DNA of 64,000 nucleotides from Candidatus Bathyarchaeia archaeon (GTDB lineage Archaea > Thermoproteota > Bathyarchaeia > Bathyarchaeales > Bathycorpusculaceae). The notes beneath the pieces were generated by a model, which worked only from the letters and a program-made list of their open reading frames with translations, did no database searches and had not been told where the DNA came from. Every line of letters begins with the position of its first letter. Positions within the stretch are counted from its first letter, which is position 1. Positions 28,122-38,660 of this stretch are shown here, one piece after another. Both the position numbers and the translations under genes were made by a program. The stretch is from NCBI GenBank assembly GCA_038883795.1, contig JAVZLK010000001.1, forward strand, positions 192,001 through 256,000, in the 5' to 3' direction.

Positions 28122-30585
28122 AATGCGAAAAGATTTAGTCATATGGTTTGAAAACCTAAGAAGAACAGACATTCCACTAGTCGGCGGCAAAAATGCAAAC
28201 CTTGGCGAAATGACAAGTGCTGGTATACCCGTCCCACCAGGTTTTGCCATAACAGCTTATTCCTACAAAAAATTCATAGAAGAAACTGGGATAGCCTCGA
28301 AAATTTATGAGATTATAGGAAAAACCGTTACAAATCCAAGCGACCCTGCGCAGTACGAGATAGCTTCTAAGAAGATTCGTGAACTTATAGAGTCAACGCC
28401 TATGCCGAAAGAAATTGAGAATGCCATTAAATCCGCTTATGAAGAGTTATGCAAAAAACTTGGAGTGAAAGAGGTTTTTGTGGCTGTGCGTTCAAGCGCC
28501 ACCGCCGAAGACCTTCCAGACGCTTCCTTTGCTGGGCAGCAAGAGACATACTTGAATGTTAAAGGCGTTGGCGAGGTTCTTGAGAAGACTGTTAAGTGTT
28601 GGTCAAGTCTTTTCACACCGAGGGCGATTTTCTATAGAACTGAAAAAGGCTTTGCTCATGAAAGAGTTCTAATAAGTGTTGGAGTTCAAAAAATGGTTAA
28701 TTCTAAGGCTGCAGGCGTAATTTTCACAATAAACCCCGTTACGGGAGACCCCAACCAAATAGTTATCGAGGGCAATTATGGTTTGGGAGAGGCTGTTGTT
28801 TCTGGAGCTGTAACACCTGACGATTTTATCGTTGATAAGAATACTATGAAGATAATTGAGAAGCGTATATCAAAGAAGAAAGTGCAATATCTTCGCGACC
28901 CAACCACTGGTAAAACGGTTCATGTAGAAGTGCCTTTGGAAAAGCAAGAGCAGCCGTGCTTAACGGATGAAGAAGTTCTTAAGCTTGCTGAATTGGCAAA
29001 ACGCATTGAAAGGCATTATGGGAAACCTCAAGACATTGAATGGGCAATTGACAGCGATTTACCCTTCCCAAACAACGTTTTCATAGTCCAATCCAGACCT
29101 GAAACTGTTTGGAGCCTAAAAATGGCGGAAATACCGAAAGTGGAAGCTGCGGCAATTAAGCCAACTGAAGAGTTAAAAGTTGTCGTTAAAGGAATTGCGG
29201 CTGGCAAAAGAGGCTTCGGATTAGGCAAGGCAAAAGTTGTTTTAAACCCCCAAGAGGCTGCAAAGGTTATGCAGAAAGGTGACATCCTCGTCACCGACAT
29301 GACTAACCCCGATTATGTGCCTTTCATGAAGCTTGCAAGCGCCATAGTCACAGACAAAGGCGGAGTAACATGCCACGCAGCCATTGTAAGCCGAGAGCTT
29401 GGCATACCATGTGTTGTGGGAACGGAAAATGCTACAAAGCTAATGGTGAGTGGCAAAGAATACACGGTAGATTCGCGAAGCGGTGTCGTTTATGAAGGGA
29501 TAATTCCAACCCTAACAGAGCAGCTTTCATCAGCCTCCGGAGTTTCTTCTCCATCACAAACCGTTGTGGCTGGAAGTTTCCAGTCCGTGCCAGTAACGGC
29601 GACGAAGATTTACATGAATTTAGGTGTGCCGGAAAAAATTGAGGAATACAAAGACTTGCCTTTTGAAGGAATAGGGCTTATGCGCATCGAATTCATTCTA
29701 GCCAGCTACATAGGCGAACACCCACTATATCTCATTGAAACTGGACAATCCCAGAAATTCGTGGACAAACTTGCGGAGGGAATAGCAACTGTCGCAAGGG
29801 CTATCCAACCACGCCCCGTTGTTGTGCGTTTCAGCGACTTTAAAACAAATGAGTATAGAGAGTTGAAAGGCGGCGAAAAATACGAAATTGTGGAAGCAAA
29901 CCCCATGCTTGGCTGGAGAGGATGCAGCCGTTACATAAGCCCATGGTATGAAAAAGCGTTTAGGCTTGAGTGCCAAGCAATAGTGAAATGCCGCAAAGAA
30001 TGGGGGCTCAAAAACGTCTGGGTTATGCTTCCTGTTGTGCGCACTGTTTGGGAAGCCAAAAAAGTCTTGGAAATCATGCGTGAAGAAGGATTAGAAAGGT
30101 CAAAAGACTTTAAAGTTTGGTTTATGGCTGAAACTCCCTCAATCGCCATACTCGCCGATGAATTTTCAAAGCTCTGCGATGGCTTCTCCATAGGCTCGAA
30201 CGACATGACCCAAGGCATATTAATGATTGACAGAGACTCCGAACGCCTCGGGCAAATGGGATACTTTGACGAAAGAGACCCTGCCGTAAAAAGAATAATT
30301 GCCCACCTAATCAAAGTGGCTCATGAAAACGGTGCCACGGTTTCCATATGCGGCGAAGGGCCATCAAATCTGCCCGACTTTGCAGAGTTTCTTGTTAGAG
30401 CGGGAATTGATAGCATATCCGTAAATAATGATGCTGTGGTTGCAACGAAAAAACTTGTGGCAAGTATAGAGCAGAAGATAATCTTGGAGCAGCTTGCGGA
30501 ACAGAAGGAAAGAGCTTTTGGGCGTGCGGTTCGAAAACCGAAAGAAGATTGGGAATGGTCGCCGCAGTGGGGCGAAACAGAATAG
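28114..30585 (+). CDS. ppsA: Phosphoenolpyruvate synthase
   Basis: VGGKNANLGE, RSSATAEDLPDASFAGQQ, phospho-His TCHAAIVSRE and SIGSND. Confidence 0.98.
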   Translation: MGEMRKDLVIWFENLRRTDIPLVGGKNANLGEMTSAGIPVPPGFAITAYSYKKFIEETGIASKIYEIIGKTVTNPSDPAQYEIASKKIRELIESTPMPKEIENAIKSAYEELCKKLGVKEVFVAVRSSATAEDLPDASFAGQQETYLNVKGVGEVLEKTVKCWSSLFTPRAIFYRTEKGFAHERVLISVGVQKMVNSKAAGVIFTINPVTGDPNQIVIEGNYGLGEAVVSGAVTPDDFIVDKNTMKIIEKRISKKKVQYLRDPTTGKTVHVEVPLEKQEQPCLTDEEVLKLAELAKRIERHYGKPQDIEWAIDSDLPFPNNVFIVQSRPETVWSLKMAEIPKVEAAAIKPTEELKVVVKGIAAGKRGFGLGKAKVVLNPQEAAKVMQKGDILVTDMTNPDYVPFMKLASAIVTDKGGVTCHAAIVSRELGIPCVVGTENATKLMVSGKEYTVDSRSGVVYEGIIPTLTEQLSSASGVSSPSQTVVAGSFQSVPVTATKIYMNLGVPEKIEEYKDLPFEGIGLMRIEFILASYIGEHPLYLIETGQSQKFVDKLAEGIATVARAIQPRPVVVRFSDFKTNEYRELKGGEKYEIVEANPMLGWRGCSRYISPWYEKAFRLECQAIVKCRKEWGLKNVWVMLPVVRTVWEAKKVLEIMREEGLERSKDFKVWFMAETPSIAILADEFSKLCDGFSIGSNDMTQGILMIDRDSERLGQMGYFDERDPAVKRIIAHLIKVAHENGATVSICGEGPSNLPDFAEFLVRAGIDSISVNNDAVVATKKLVASIEQKIILEQLAEQKERAFGRAVRKPKEDWEWSPQWGETE

Positions 30586-30653
30586 ACAACTCTTTATTTC
30601 CTTGTTTTATTTAGTGCGTTTTAAATTTTAGTGGGCTTTTGGGTGTGGTGTAA

Positions 30654-31655
30654 ATGAAGCATTTTGATTTAGAAGAAGAAAGAGTTAAACAGGAAATCCT
30701 CAAACTTGGCGCAAAACGAGTACTAATTCAACTACCCGAAGGCTTGAAACCGGAAGCACCATACCTATCCAAAATTGTCGAAAAGGCTGGCGCATTACCA
30801 ATCGTTTCTGCAGACCCATGTTATGGTGCCTGTGATCTTGCATCAGCAGATGCTGAAGCCTTGGGCGTTGACTTAATCATTCATTACGGGCATTCGAAAA
30901 TGTTGCGGTATGAAAGGGTTCCAACAGTTTACATTGAAGCGAGGGCTACGCTAAATGTGGAAGACGTTGTTGAAAAAGCATTGCCCATGTTGGAAAAATG
31001 GCGTAAAATAGGTTTAACAACCACAGTTCAGCACGTGCAAACCCTTGATGTCGCTAGGGAAATGTTGCTGCGGGCTGGAAAAGTTGTGGCAATTGGCGAT
31101 GCTGGACGCCTAAACTATGCTGGGCAAGTTATTGGATGCAATTATAGCAACGCTAAGTCCATAGCGGATGGTGTTGAAGCCTTCCTTTTCATTGGTGGAG
31201 GGCGGTTCCATGCTTTAGGAGTTGCGCTTTCCACCTCAAAACCAACAATTATCGCTGACCCCTATGAGAAAAGAGTTTTTTCCGTGAATGAGGAAGCAGA
31301 GAAAATCGTTAAACAGCGTTGGGCAAGCATTCAAGAGGCAGAAAAAGCCAAAACTTTCGCAGTTTTGGTTGGATTAAAACCTGGACAAAGAAAACTTGAA
31401 GAAGCCTTAATGATTAAGGAGAAGCTTGAAGAAAAGGGAAAATTAGCCTACCTTTTAGCAGCTAAAGAAATTTCTCCAGAAATGCTCATGGAATTTCCTT
31501 CAGTCGACGCTTTTGTAAATACAGCGTGTCCAAGAGTTTCCATGGATGACTCTACGAGATTTAAGAAACCCTTATTGACGGTTAATGAGGCTTTGGTTGT
31601 TGTTGGAGAATTGTCATGGGAAGAATTATGCAGAAAAGGTTGGTTCGAAAACTAG
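30654..31655 (+). CDS. dph2: Diphthamide biosynthesis enzyme Dph2
   Basis: QLPEGLK, CYGACD, GQVIGC and TACPR. Confidence 0.96.
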   Translation: MKHFDLEEERVKQEILKLGAKRVLIQLPEGLKPEAPYLSKIVEKAGALPIVSADPCYGACDLASADAEALGVDLIIHYGHSKMLRYERVPTVYIEARATLNVEDVVEKALPMLEKWRKIGLTTTVQHVQTLDVAREMLLRAGKVVAIGDAGRLNYAGQVIGCNYSNAKSIADGVEAFLFIGGGRFHALGVALSTSKPTIIADPYEKRVFSVNEEAEKIVKQRWASIQEAEKAKTFAVLVGLKPGQRKLEEALMIKEKLEEKGKLAYLLAAKEISPEMLMEFPSVDAFVNTACPRVSMDDSTRFKKPLLTVNEALVVVGELSWEELCRKGWFEN

Positions 31656-32311
31656 ACCTAGAGCTTTTCCTTTCCCAAATTGAACCGCATCCAACCCCAA
31701 CACCGAGCCTGGAGCAATACACGGTTCCCGTGGATGTTGCGGCTACAATGCTTTACATGGCAGCCTACACATACAACGACATTATTGATAAAACAGTTTT
31801 GGATTTGGGATGCGGCACTGGAAGGCTTGCTCTCGGCGCCGCTTTCTTGGGTGCAAAACATGTTGTAGGCGTAGACATCGACAAAAATGCGGTTAAAATG
31901 GCTTTTGAAAATTCTTTGAAAGCGAATTTGAAGGAAAGAGTGTGTTGGATTAGTGGAGACATAGACACCATTCACGGAAACTTTGACACGGTATTACAGA
32001 ATCCACCTTTTGGCGTGCAAAAACCAAAGGCTGACCGAAAGTTTCTCAAAAAAGCTTTGGAAACGGGTAAAGTTGTTTATTCACTTCACAAAAGCCCCAG
32101 AAAAAATAAGGCCTTTATCAAAAAAGTAAAGGCGAGAAAAGAAGGTATTACACCAATAGTGCCTTCTCCATTCTTTAAAAGGTTTATAGAGGAACATGGT
32201 GGCAAAATTAGGGCTGTTTACGCCACAGTTATGACAATTCCACACATGTTTTCCTTTCATGCAAAAAGGAAACATGAGTTTGTTGCTGAATTATACGTTA
32301 TAGAAAGTTAG
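31628..32311 (+). CDS. METTL5-family N6-adenine RNA methyltransferase
   Basis: LEQYT, DLGCGTG, QNPPFG and YSLH. Confidence 0.92.
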   Translation: MQKRLVRKLDLELFLSQIEPHPTPTPSLEQYTVPVDVAATMLYMAAYTYNDIIDKTVLDLGCGTGRLALGAAFLGAKHVVGVDIDKNAVKMAFENSLKANLKERVCWISGDIDTIHGNFDTVLQNPPFGVQKPKADRKFLKKALETGKVVYSLHKSPRKNKAFIKKVKARKEGITPIVPSPFFKRFIEEHGGKIRAVYATVMTIPHMFSFHAKRKHEFVAELYVIES

Positions 32312-32364
32312 GAATCAAAAGGTTTATTGAGGTGGCATAGACAAGTAGAGAGGTGCGGTTTAAC

Positions 32365-32943
32365 ATGAATACATTATCGGAAAGGGAAAGCGGAAAATTT
32401 GTGTTGCCCGGCGAGCGTTTAGGTGTTATTGAAGAGTTCATTCCAGACGCTGGAACCTATGTTTTGGATGGGGTTATCCACTCCAAAATTGTCGGGCGGG
32501 CTTTACTTGATTTTTTGAATAAGCGGGTTTCCGTTTACCCCCTAATTCGCGGAGCCCGAATCCCAAAAGTTGGAAGCATAGTAATGGGGCAAGTTTCAAC
32601 AGTCCAAACCGAAAATGCTGGCGTGCGAATCTTCAAAATTGGCAATAAATCCTTAACAGGCTTTTTCTCCGGCATCCTTCACATTTCAGACGTGCAGCAA
32701 ACCTATGTTAAATCCATGTTTGACGTATGCAAACCCGGAGACATCATAAGAGCTAAAGTTATCAGCGAAAAAAACCACGTTTATCATCTGTCTACAAAAG
32801 ACAAGGAGTTGGGTGTTGTTTATGCCTTTTGTTCCCAATGTGGTTACATGTTAGAGTTGAAACGCCATGTTATGCGTTGTCTCAGATGCGGAAAAATTGA
32901 AAAGCGCAAAACTGCTTTAGATTATGGAAAAGGAATAGTATAA
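32365..32943 (+). CDS. csl4: Exosome RNA-binding subunit Csl4
   Basis: VLPGERLG..EE, S1 domain PGDIIRAKV and zinc ribbon CSQC...CLRC..E.RK. Confidence 0.96.
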   Translation: MNTLSERESGKFVLPGERLGVIEEFIPDAGTYVLDGVIHSKIVGRALLDFLNKRVSVYPLIRGARIPKVGSIVMGQVSTVQTENAGVRIFKIGNKSLTGFFSGILHISDVQQTYVKSMFDVCKPGDIIRAKVISEKNHVYHLSTKDKELGVVYAFCSQCGYMLELKRHVMRCLRCGKIEKRKTALDYGKGIV

Positions 32944-32964
32944 AAGAGAAAGGAGAAATGCAAT

Positions 32965-33249
32965 TTGAAAATTAAAACTTTGAAGAAAACTCCGAACGAG
33001 CTCAAGATAGAAATTGAAGGTCTTGGTCATACCATTTGCAATCTCTTACAAAAGCGCCTTTTAGAAGATGAAAATGTGGATTTGGCTGGCTATGACATAC
33101 CCCACCCTCTAGCTTCGAACTCTATAATTTATGTTCGAACAAAGGGAAAAGTTAAACCTGAAGAGGCTTTGCTGAAGGCTTTGGAAAAGACCCGCGAAAT
33201 GAATGAGGAATTTAGGAAGGAAGTTGAAAAAGCGTTTAAGAAAATTTAA
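32965..33249 (+). CDS. rpoL: RNA polymerase subunit Rpo11 (L)
   Basis: HTICNLL and AGYDIPHPL. Confidence 0.95.
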   Translation: MKIKTLKKTPNELKIEIEGLGHTICNLLQKRLLEDENVDLAGYDIPHPLASNSIIYVRTKGKVKPEEALLKALEKTREMNEEFRKEVEKAFKKI

Positions 33250-33646
33250 TTTTCTCCTTTATTATCGCTAACAGTTGAGTTAAGGCTTCAACCAGATCCG
33301 CATTCTCTTCCAAAATTGTAACACTTTCTTCCAATGTAATGCAATCACAAAGCCAAGCATAAACAATTAGCGCCTCTGCGGCATCCGCCATCAAATGCCT
33401 TGTCATTCTTGAAGGCAAATACTCTCTTAATCCAGCTTTCCTCAGCGCTTCCGAAAGTGCAACCCCTCTAACCTTTGCTCCTGAAGGTTTTCCCCTTCTT
33501 TTTGATAAGGCTAATGAATAAGCAAAGTTTATGTATGCATCTCCAAGCGCTGCCAAATCGTGGTCCACAAGCACTTCTTTTAGGGTTCCATAAGATTTTA
33601 TGAACGCGAATGTTTTTTCGTTTTCTTTCAAATCGAGCACGTCCAA
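33236..33646 (-). CDS. Archaeal minimal RNase III-family protein
   Basis: LAALGDAYINFAYSLA and ADAAEALI.YAWL. Confidence 0.88.
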   Translation of the reverse strand: MDVLDLKENEKTFAFIKSYGTLKEVLVDHDLAALGDAYINFAYSLALSKRRGKPSGAKVRGVALSEALRKAGLREYLPSRMTRHLMADAAEALIVYAWLCDCITLEESVTILEENADLVEALTQLLAIIKEKIKFS

Positions 33647-33676
33647 GCTGCTTTATTAGTTTTCACTAAACTTATA

Positions 33677-34306
33677 ATGTTTCTTTCTTATAATTTGTTC
33701 AAAGCGGGTGGAACAATTTTGGCTGTTAAAAAATTTCGTATAATTAAACCCGAAATCCGCGTTTTGGGAGTGGATGATGGAGTATTTGTTCCACGCTCAA
33801 AGGGATTGGTGCCAATTGTGGGGGTGGTTTTTAGGGGTGGTTATTGGCTTGACGGAGTAATGCATACCAACGTAAAAATAGACGGCTTGGACGCCACGAA
33901 AAAGATAACGTCTATGATAATTAATTCGCCTCACTATAAACAATTGCGGGTTATAATGCTTAATGGAATAACTTTTGCAGGCTTCAACATAGTAGATATA
34001 AGGGAACTCAGTGCCGAAACAAAACTTCCAGTTATAGCCGTAACACGAGAAAAACCCAATTTTAAAGAAATCCGCGAAGCCCTAAAAAATCTGCCAAAAA
34101 GCGAAGAGCGCTGGAAAGCAGTAGAAAATGCTGGAGAAGTGCATGAGGTATTCACTAGAAATGAAAAAGAAAAAATCTACATGCAAATTTGCGGAATACT
34201 CGAAGAAGACGCTAAGAAAATTTTGCAGTTAACATCCACAAGAAGCAACATTCCCGAAGCCTTACGTGTAGCCCACCTTATTGCTTCTGGAATAACCACC
34301 ATTTAG
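33677..34306 (+). CDS. DUF99/UPF0215 family endonuclease V-like protein
   Basis: RVLGVDDG, DGLDAT, GITFAGFN and PEALRVAHLIA. The start may be TTG 33719. Confidence 0.93.
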   Translation: MFLSYNLFKAGGTILAVKKFRIIKPEIRVLGVDDGVFVPRSKGLVPIVGVVFRGGYWLDGVMHTNVKIDGLDATKKITSMIINSPHYKQLRVIMLNGITFAGFNIVDIRELSAETKLPVIAVTREKPNFKEIREALKNLPKSEERWKAVENAGEVHEVFTRNEKEKIYMQICGILEEDAKKILQLTSTRSNIPEALRVAHLIASGITTI

Positions 34307-34386
34307 TCTCAATCCTTATCACTATATGAAAAGGTTTAAAAGGGACAATGTTAAGGGAAAACAAACGGACAACGGAGTTAAAAAGC

Positions 34387-34740
34387 ATGGAATTTTGTCC
34401 CAAATGCGGTTCGCGTCTGGTGCCTAAAAAGAAGAAAACAGGCAAAGAATCATCTTTAGCGCTGGTCTGTCCAAAATGTGGTTATAGGAAGAAGGGGTCC
34501 AGCGAAAAGGTTGAGCCGAAAGTTGCAAAGGTTATACAGCATAAGCCGCAAGAACTTGTGGCGGTAATAAGCAAGGAAGAACAGAAACTGCGAACATTAC
34601 CAACAGTTAGAGTTGAATGCCCAAAATGTGGAAACAATCTAGCCTATGTTTGGCAAGTGCAGACCCGTGGCGCAGACGAATCTTCAACCCAGTTTTTACG
34701 TTGCACAAAATGCGGCTACACCTTCAGAGAATACAGCTAA
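34387..34740 (+). CDS. tfs: Transcription elongation factor TFS
   Basis: MEFCPKCG and QTRGADE acidic hairpin; two zinc ribbons. Confidence 0.96.
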   Translation: MEFCPKCGSRLVPKKKKTGKESSLALVCPKCGYRKKGSSEKVEPKVAKVIQHKPQELVAVISKEEQKLRTLPTVRVECPKCGNNLAYVWQVQTRGADESSTQFLRCTKCGYTFREYS

Positions 34741-34830
34741 AGCATCTTCACGTTACATCTAAAGCTGAAAGTTTAATATGTAAAGTCTTTTATTAACAAC
34801 TAGACATATCCATTTAAAAGGAGACCTTTC

Positions 34831-35586
34831 ATGTTCAAAATCAAAATGGCAGATGCCAAACTTCTAAGAGATATGGCTACAGCCATCTCCATCCTCATAG
34901 ATGAAGCTACATTCAAAATAGACCCCGAAGGCATAAAACTTCGAGCAATGGATCCGTCTCGCGTTGCTATGGTGGATTTTGAATGGCCCAAAACAGTTTT
35001 TGATGAGTACACAGTCACGGAGCCAACAAAAATGTGCATAAACATAAGCGAACTTTTAAAACTGCTTAAAAGGGCAGGCAAAGATGAGGTTGTGGAGCTT
35101 TCCCTTGACGAAAAAACTGGTAAGCTACAAGTGAAAATTACTGGAAAATACGCTCGGAACTTTACTATGCCAACCCTTGAGGCTTCAGAGGAAGAGGTTC
35201 CCACACCAAAAATACCTTTCAATGTCAAAGCAAAAGCCACAACCCAAGGATTAAGTCAAGCCATTGAAGACGCTCAACTTGTAAGCGACCATGTCAGAAT
35301 AGAAGCGGACAATGAAAAACTCGTTTTAAACGCCGTAGGCGACCTTATGGGCGCAACCATAACCCTTCAAAAGGGAAGCGACGCTCTTCTTGACTTAGAG
35401 GCGAAAGAACCTTCAAAGGCAACTTTCAGCTTAAGTTATCTTTCGGAAATCATAAAAGAGGCATCTGCAACATCCGACATTGCAACGTTAGAATTTTCCA
35501 CAGACATGCCCATAAAATTAGATTTTCAACAAGCAAAAGAGGGAAAACTAACCTTCTATCTGGCGCCGAGAATCGAAACTGAATAA
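34831..35586 (+). CDS. pcn: DNA sliding clamp PCNA
   Basis: RAMDPSRVAMV and YLAPRIE. Confidence 0.98.
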   Translation: MFKIKMADAKLLRDMATAISILIDEATFKIDPEGIKLRAMDPSRVAMVDFEWPKTVFDEYTVTEPTKMCINISELLKLLKRAGKDEVVELSLDEKTGKLQVKITGKYARNFTMPTLEASEEEVPTPKIPFNVKAKATTQGLSQAIEDAQLVSDHVRIEADNEKLVLNAVGDLMGATITLQKGSDALLDLEAKEPSKATFSLSYLSEIIKEASATSDIATLEFSTDMPIKLDFQQAKEGKLTFYLAPRIETE

Positions 35587-35587
35587 T

Positions 35588-36634
35588 GTGAAAACGATGC
35601 AAATTGCCATAGTTCATTTCACCAAAAATGATTTAGCAAAGTACCCATTCCTTAAAGAAACAGCAGAATACGTTAAAAAACTAGATTTAAAAATTGAAGA
35701 TTTAACAAGCCCGGAATTCTCCAGCATCCTCGAGCGTGCAAAAGAAAGAGTTGAAGAAGCAATATTATACGCTTTGGTAAGCAGAAGGCTCCGCAACGAA
35801 GAAATCGAAATCCTTTCCTTCCCCGTTGCAATCATGCTGACATTGGCAACAGAAAACTCCTTCATCAAAAAAAGATACGCCCTAGCAGAAGCTAAACAAG
35901 CCTACAACGATATGAAAATTGAACCGAAAGAAAGAATCCTAGCTATCGCACAAAACTTCAACTGGAAACTTGCTTTAAACTCGGATACTAGCATTCCTTA
36001 CGAGTTTAAACTTCACTTCACCGACTATCTAAAAAACACAACACAACTCAAAGACAAAAAATGGAAACTAGTCAACCGCCTTCTAATAAACGGTTATGTT
36101 TACCTAACCAAAACCGAAACCGCGAGGATCCTAAGTGAAGAAGTGCGGAGGCAAATTGAAAAAAGACTAAACGTAAAGGAATTGCCCGAATTTCCGCCAA
36201 CAATAATGAATATTGCTGAAAAAATAAAAAGCCTATCCGTTGAAAAAATAGGAAAGGCTGAAATGGAAGGATTCCCAAAAACAATAGCACAACCAGCCTT
36301 TCCACCATGTATAAAAAGCCTTTACCAATCTATCTCATCTGGGCGCCACCTCCCCCACATAGGAAGATTTACACTAACAGCCTTCCTCATAAACATAGGA
36401 ATGCCACCAGAAAACGTCACCGAACTCTTCAAAAACTTCTCCGACTACGACCAAAGAATGACCAGCTACCAAGTAGAACACATAGCAGGCGAAAGGGGCT
36501 CAAGAACCCGCTACATTCCACCAAAATGCGACACACTAAAAACCCACGGCATCTGCATAAATCCAGACTCGCTATGCCAAAATATACGCCATCCCTTGGC
36601 CTACTACAGAAGAAAAGTGAAAATAGCCAAATAA
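35588..36634 (+). CDS. priL: DNA primase large subunit
   Basis: AKYPF, FPPCI, HIGRF, YQVEHIAG and Fe-S cysteines PPKC..L...GIC...C...HPL.YY. Confidence 0.96.
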   Translation: MKTMQIAIVHFTKNDLAKYPFLKETAEYVKKLDLKIEDLTSPEFSSILERAKERVEEAILYALVSRRLRNEEIEILSFPVAIMLTLATENSFIKKRYALAEAKQAYNDMKIEPKERILAIAQNFNWKLALNSDTSIPYEFKLHFTDYLKNTTQLKDKKWKLVNRLLINGYVYLTKTETARILSEEVRRQIEKRLNVKELPEFPPTIMNIAEKIKSLSVEKIGKAEMEGFPKTIAQPAFPPCIKSLYQSISSGRHLPHIGRFTLTAFLINIGMPPENVTELFKNFSDYDQRMTSYQVEHIAGERGSRTRYIPPKCDTLKTHGICINPDSLCQNIRHPLAYYRRKVKIAK

Positions 36635-36717
36635 GCTCTCCAAAAGCAGTCGCAGGTGGAGTAGATTTTATATAACACATACCTAATAACAGAACCTCAT
36701 TTAAGGAGAAAACAGTA

Positions 36718-37494
36718 ATGGATTTTCAGAAATTGGAAGGAAACCTTGAAATAAATTCTGAAATCGGAGTAATCCTTCCTACATATTGTGAAGCACCAAG
36801 CATTGAAAGATTAATTAATGAAATTGAAGATCTAAATTTAGATATTTCCATATTAGTCATAGATGATTCTAGCCCTGATGGAACGGCAAACGTGGTACGA
36901 AGGTTGCAAAAGAAATATGATAATATTTTACTCTTTGTGAGACCTAAAAAACTTGGCCTTGGAACGGCAATAACAGATGGCTTCAGGATATTTATGTCGT
37001 TGCAGGCTCCCCCTAAGTACGTAATCACGATGGATGCCGATTACTCCCATAATCCGAAGGACATTCCACGCTTAGTTTCCAGCTTGAAGGGACGATACGA
37101 CCTTGTTATAGGCAGTAGATATTGTAAAGGAGGTTCCACTTTAAATTGGAGTATGGTACGTCTTACAATAAGCAAAATTGCAAACCTAATTGCATCGTTT
37201 ATTATCGGAGGAAAAATAAGTGACTATACCAGTGGGTTACGTTGCTACTCCATAAACTTAATTCGAAGTATTATAGGAGAACTGCATAGTCAGACTTATG
37301 AGATACAAATCGAAACAATAAGACAAGCACATATCCGCAATTTCCGCATCAAAGAAATTCCGATAGTTTTCGCAAACCGGAAAAAGGGAAAATCTAAGTT
37401 GACGTTCAATGAAATGAAAGAATTTGTTTCACATATTTTCTTTAAGCAATTTTTAAGATGTAGAAGAAATCTAAATCTTGTTGATAGAAATTAA
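36718..37494 (+). CDS. GT2 polyprenol-phosphate glycosyltransferase (DPM1-like)
   Basis: PTYCE, IDDSSPDGT, MDADYSHNP, GSRY and DYTSGLR. Confidence 0.93.
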   Translation: MDFQKLEGNLEINSEIGVILPTYCEAPSIERLINEIEDLNLDISILVIDDSSPDGTANVVRRLQKKYDNILLFVRPKKLGLGTAITDGFRIFMSLQAPPKYVITMDADYSHNPKDIPRLVSSLKGRYDLVIGSRYCKGGSTLNWSMVRLTISKIANLIASFIIGGKISDYTSGLRCYSINLIRSIIGELHSQTYEIQIETIRQAHIRNFRIKEIPIVFANRKKGKSKLTFNEMKEFVSHIFFKQFLRCRRNLNLVDRN

Positions 37495-37508
37495 ATCAAA
37501 AATATAAA

Positions 37509-38606
37509 TTAACCAGCTACGTTCGGTTTAATGTTGTTAGTCCATTCTTCTGCTATTGTTTTTTTGTCAAATAACATCGCCCTTTCTCTACATTCTCGAC
37601 GCATCCTCTGCGGGTACCCCTCCCTCCATATTTTAATAGCGGATTTTATAAACTCCTCCCTGCTATTGGTAAGCCATCCAGAAACGCCATGAATAACTGT
37701 TTCTTTTGGACCTTGACAGTTATAAGTTAGAACCGGAGTTCCACAAGCCATACTTTCGATTGGTACGTATCCAAAAGGTTCATCTAAAAAGGGATAAAGT
37801 GTTATCAAAGCGTTTGAATACAATTCTACCAACGTTTGCTCGCTAATAACGCCCAACGAATCAATGTTAGGATGTTTTTTTATAACATGTGGGGTTTTTA
37901 GCTTTGATCCAAATACCTTAATTTTCACCCCCATATCAGCTAATCTTTTGATTACACATAAATCAGTTTCTTTGCCAAAGTAAGTAATTACATAGTCTGA
38001 AACTGGATTGGAACTCAATGGTTTAAATTTACTGCAATCTATAGGTGGGTATATAACTTTGTAAACTCGAATTCCAAATCGCTCATAAATCTCTTGCAAA
38101 TACCGTGAATTAGATATAACCTTCCCGCTTAAGGCGTAAAATTTTTTTGAATTTCTCATATCCACAAATCTGAAAAATGGTCGACCTAGATGATAAACAA
38201 ACTTATATGGCAAAGAAAATGAAGACTTGATATTGTCAAGAGTTATGCTTGGTGGGCCTTGGGCATACCAGAAATCAGAAGGCAAACATATAACATTTGA
38301 AAAATTTAGTTTTAATCCTTCCACATCCTTAACCTTTCTTGAATTCATGGAAAATAGGGCTTCCATTAACCATGACTTAAACCACATTAATGAGTAGGGC
38401 AAGATAGATTTTCTAGATTGAAGAGCTTTAACCGTTATACCCTGATTTTCCAAAATTTTCTGAAGGCGCCTAGTTATGTTTAATGTTATTATTTTTACAT
38501 CATAGTTCCTGCTTACAAGCTCCTGTGCGATTAAAATAGCGGGGCGACAAGAACCAAACTCATTTAATAATGGATCACTGATTATAACGATTTTGTTATC
38601 ACCCAT
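37509..38606 (-). CDS. GT4 glycosyltransferase
   Basis: EPFGYVPIESMACGTPV (EX7E). Confidence 0.93.
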   Translation of the reverse strand: MGDNKIVIISDPLLNEFGSCRPAILIAQELVSRNYDVKIITLNITRRLQKILENQGITVKALQSRKSILPYSLMWFKSWLMEALFSMNSRKVKDVEGLKLNFSNVICLPSDFWYAQGPPSITLDNIKSSFSLPYKFVYHLGRPFFRFVDMRNSKKFYALSGKVISNSRYLQEIYERFGIRVYKVIYPPIDCSKFKPLSSNPVSDYVITYFGKETDLCVIKRLADMGVKIKVFGSKLKTPHVIKKHPNIDSLGVISEQTLVELYSNALITLYPFLDEPFGYVPIESMACGTPVLTYNCQGPKETVIHGVSGWLTNSREEFIKSAIKIWREGYPQRMRRECRERAMLFDKKTIAEEWTNNIKPNVAG

Positions 38607-38660
38607 TGTATTTCACTTTAGTTGATTATGCATGCAATTATTGATATGCCTTTAGGAAAA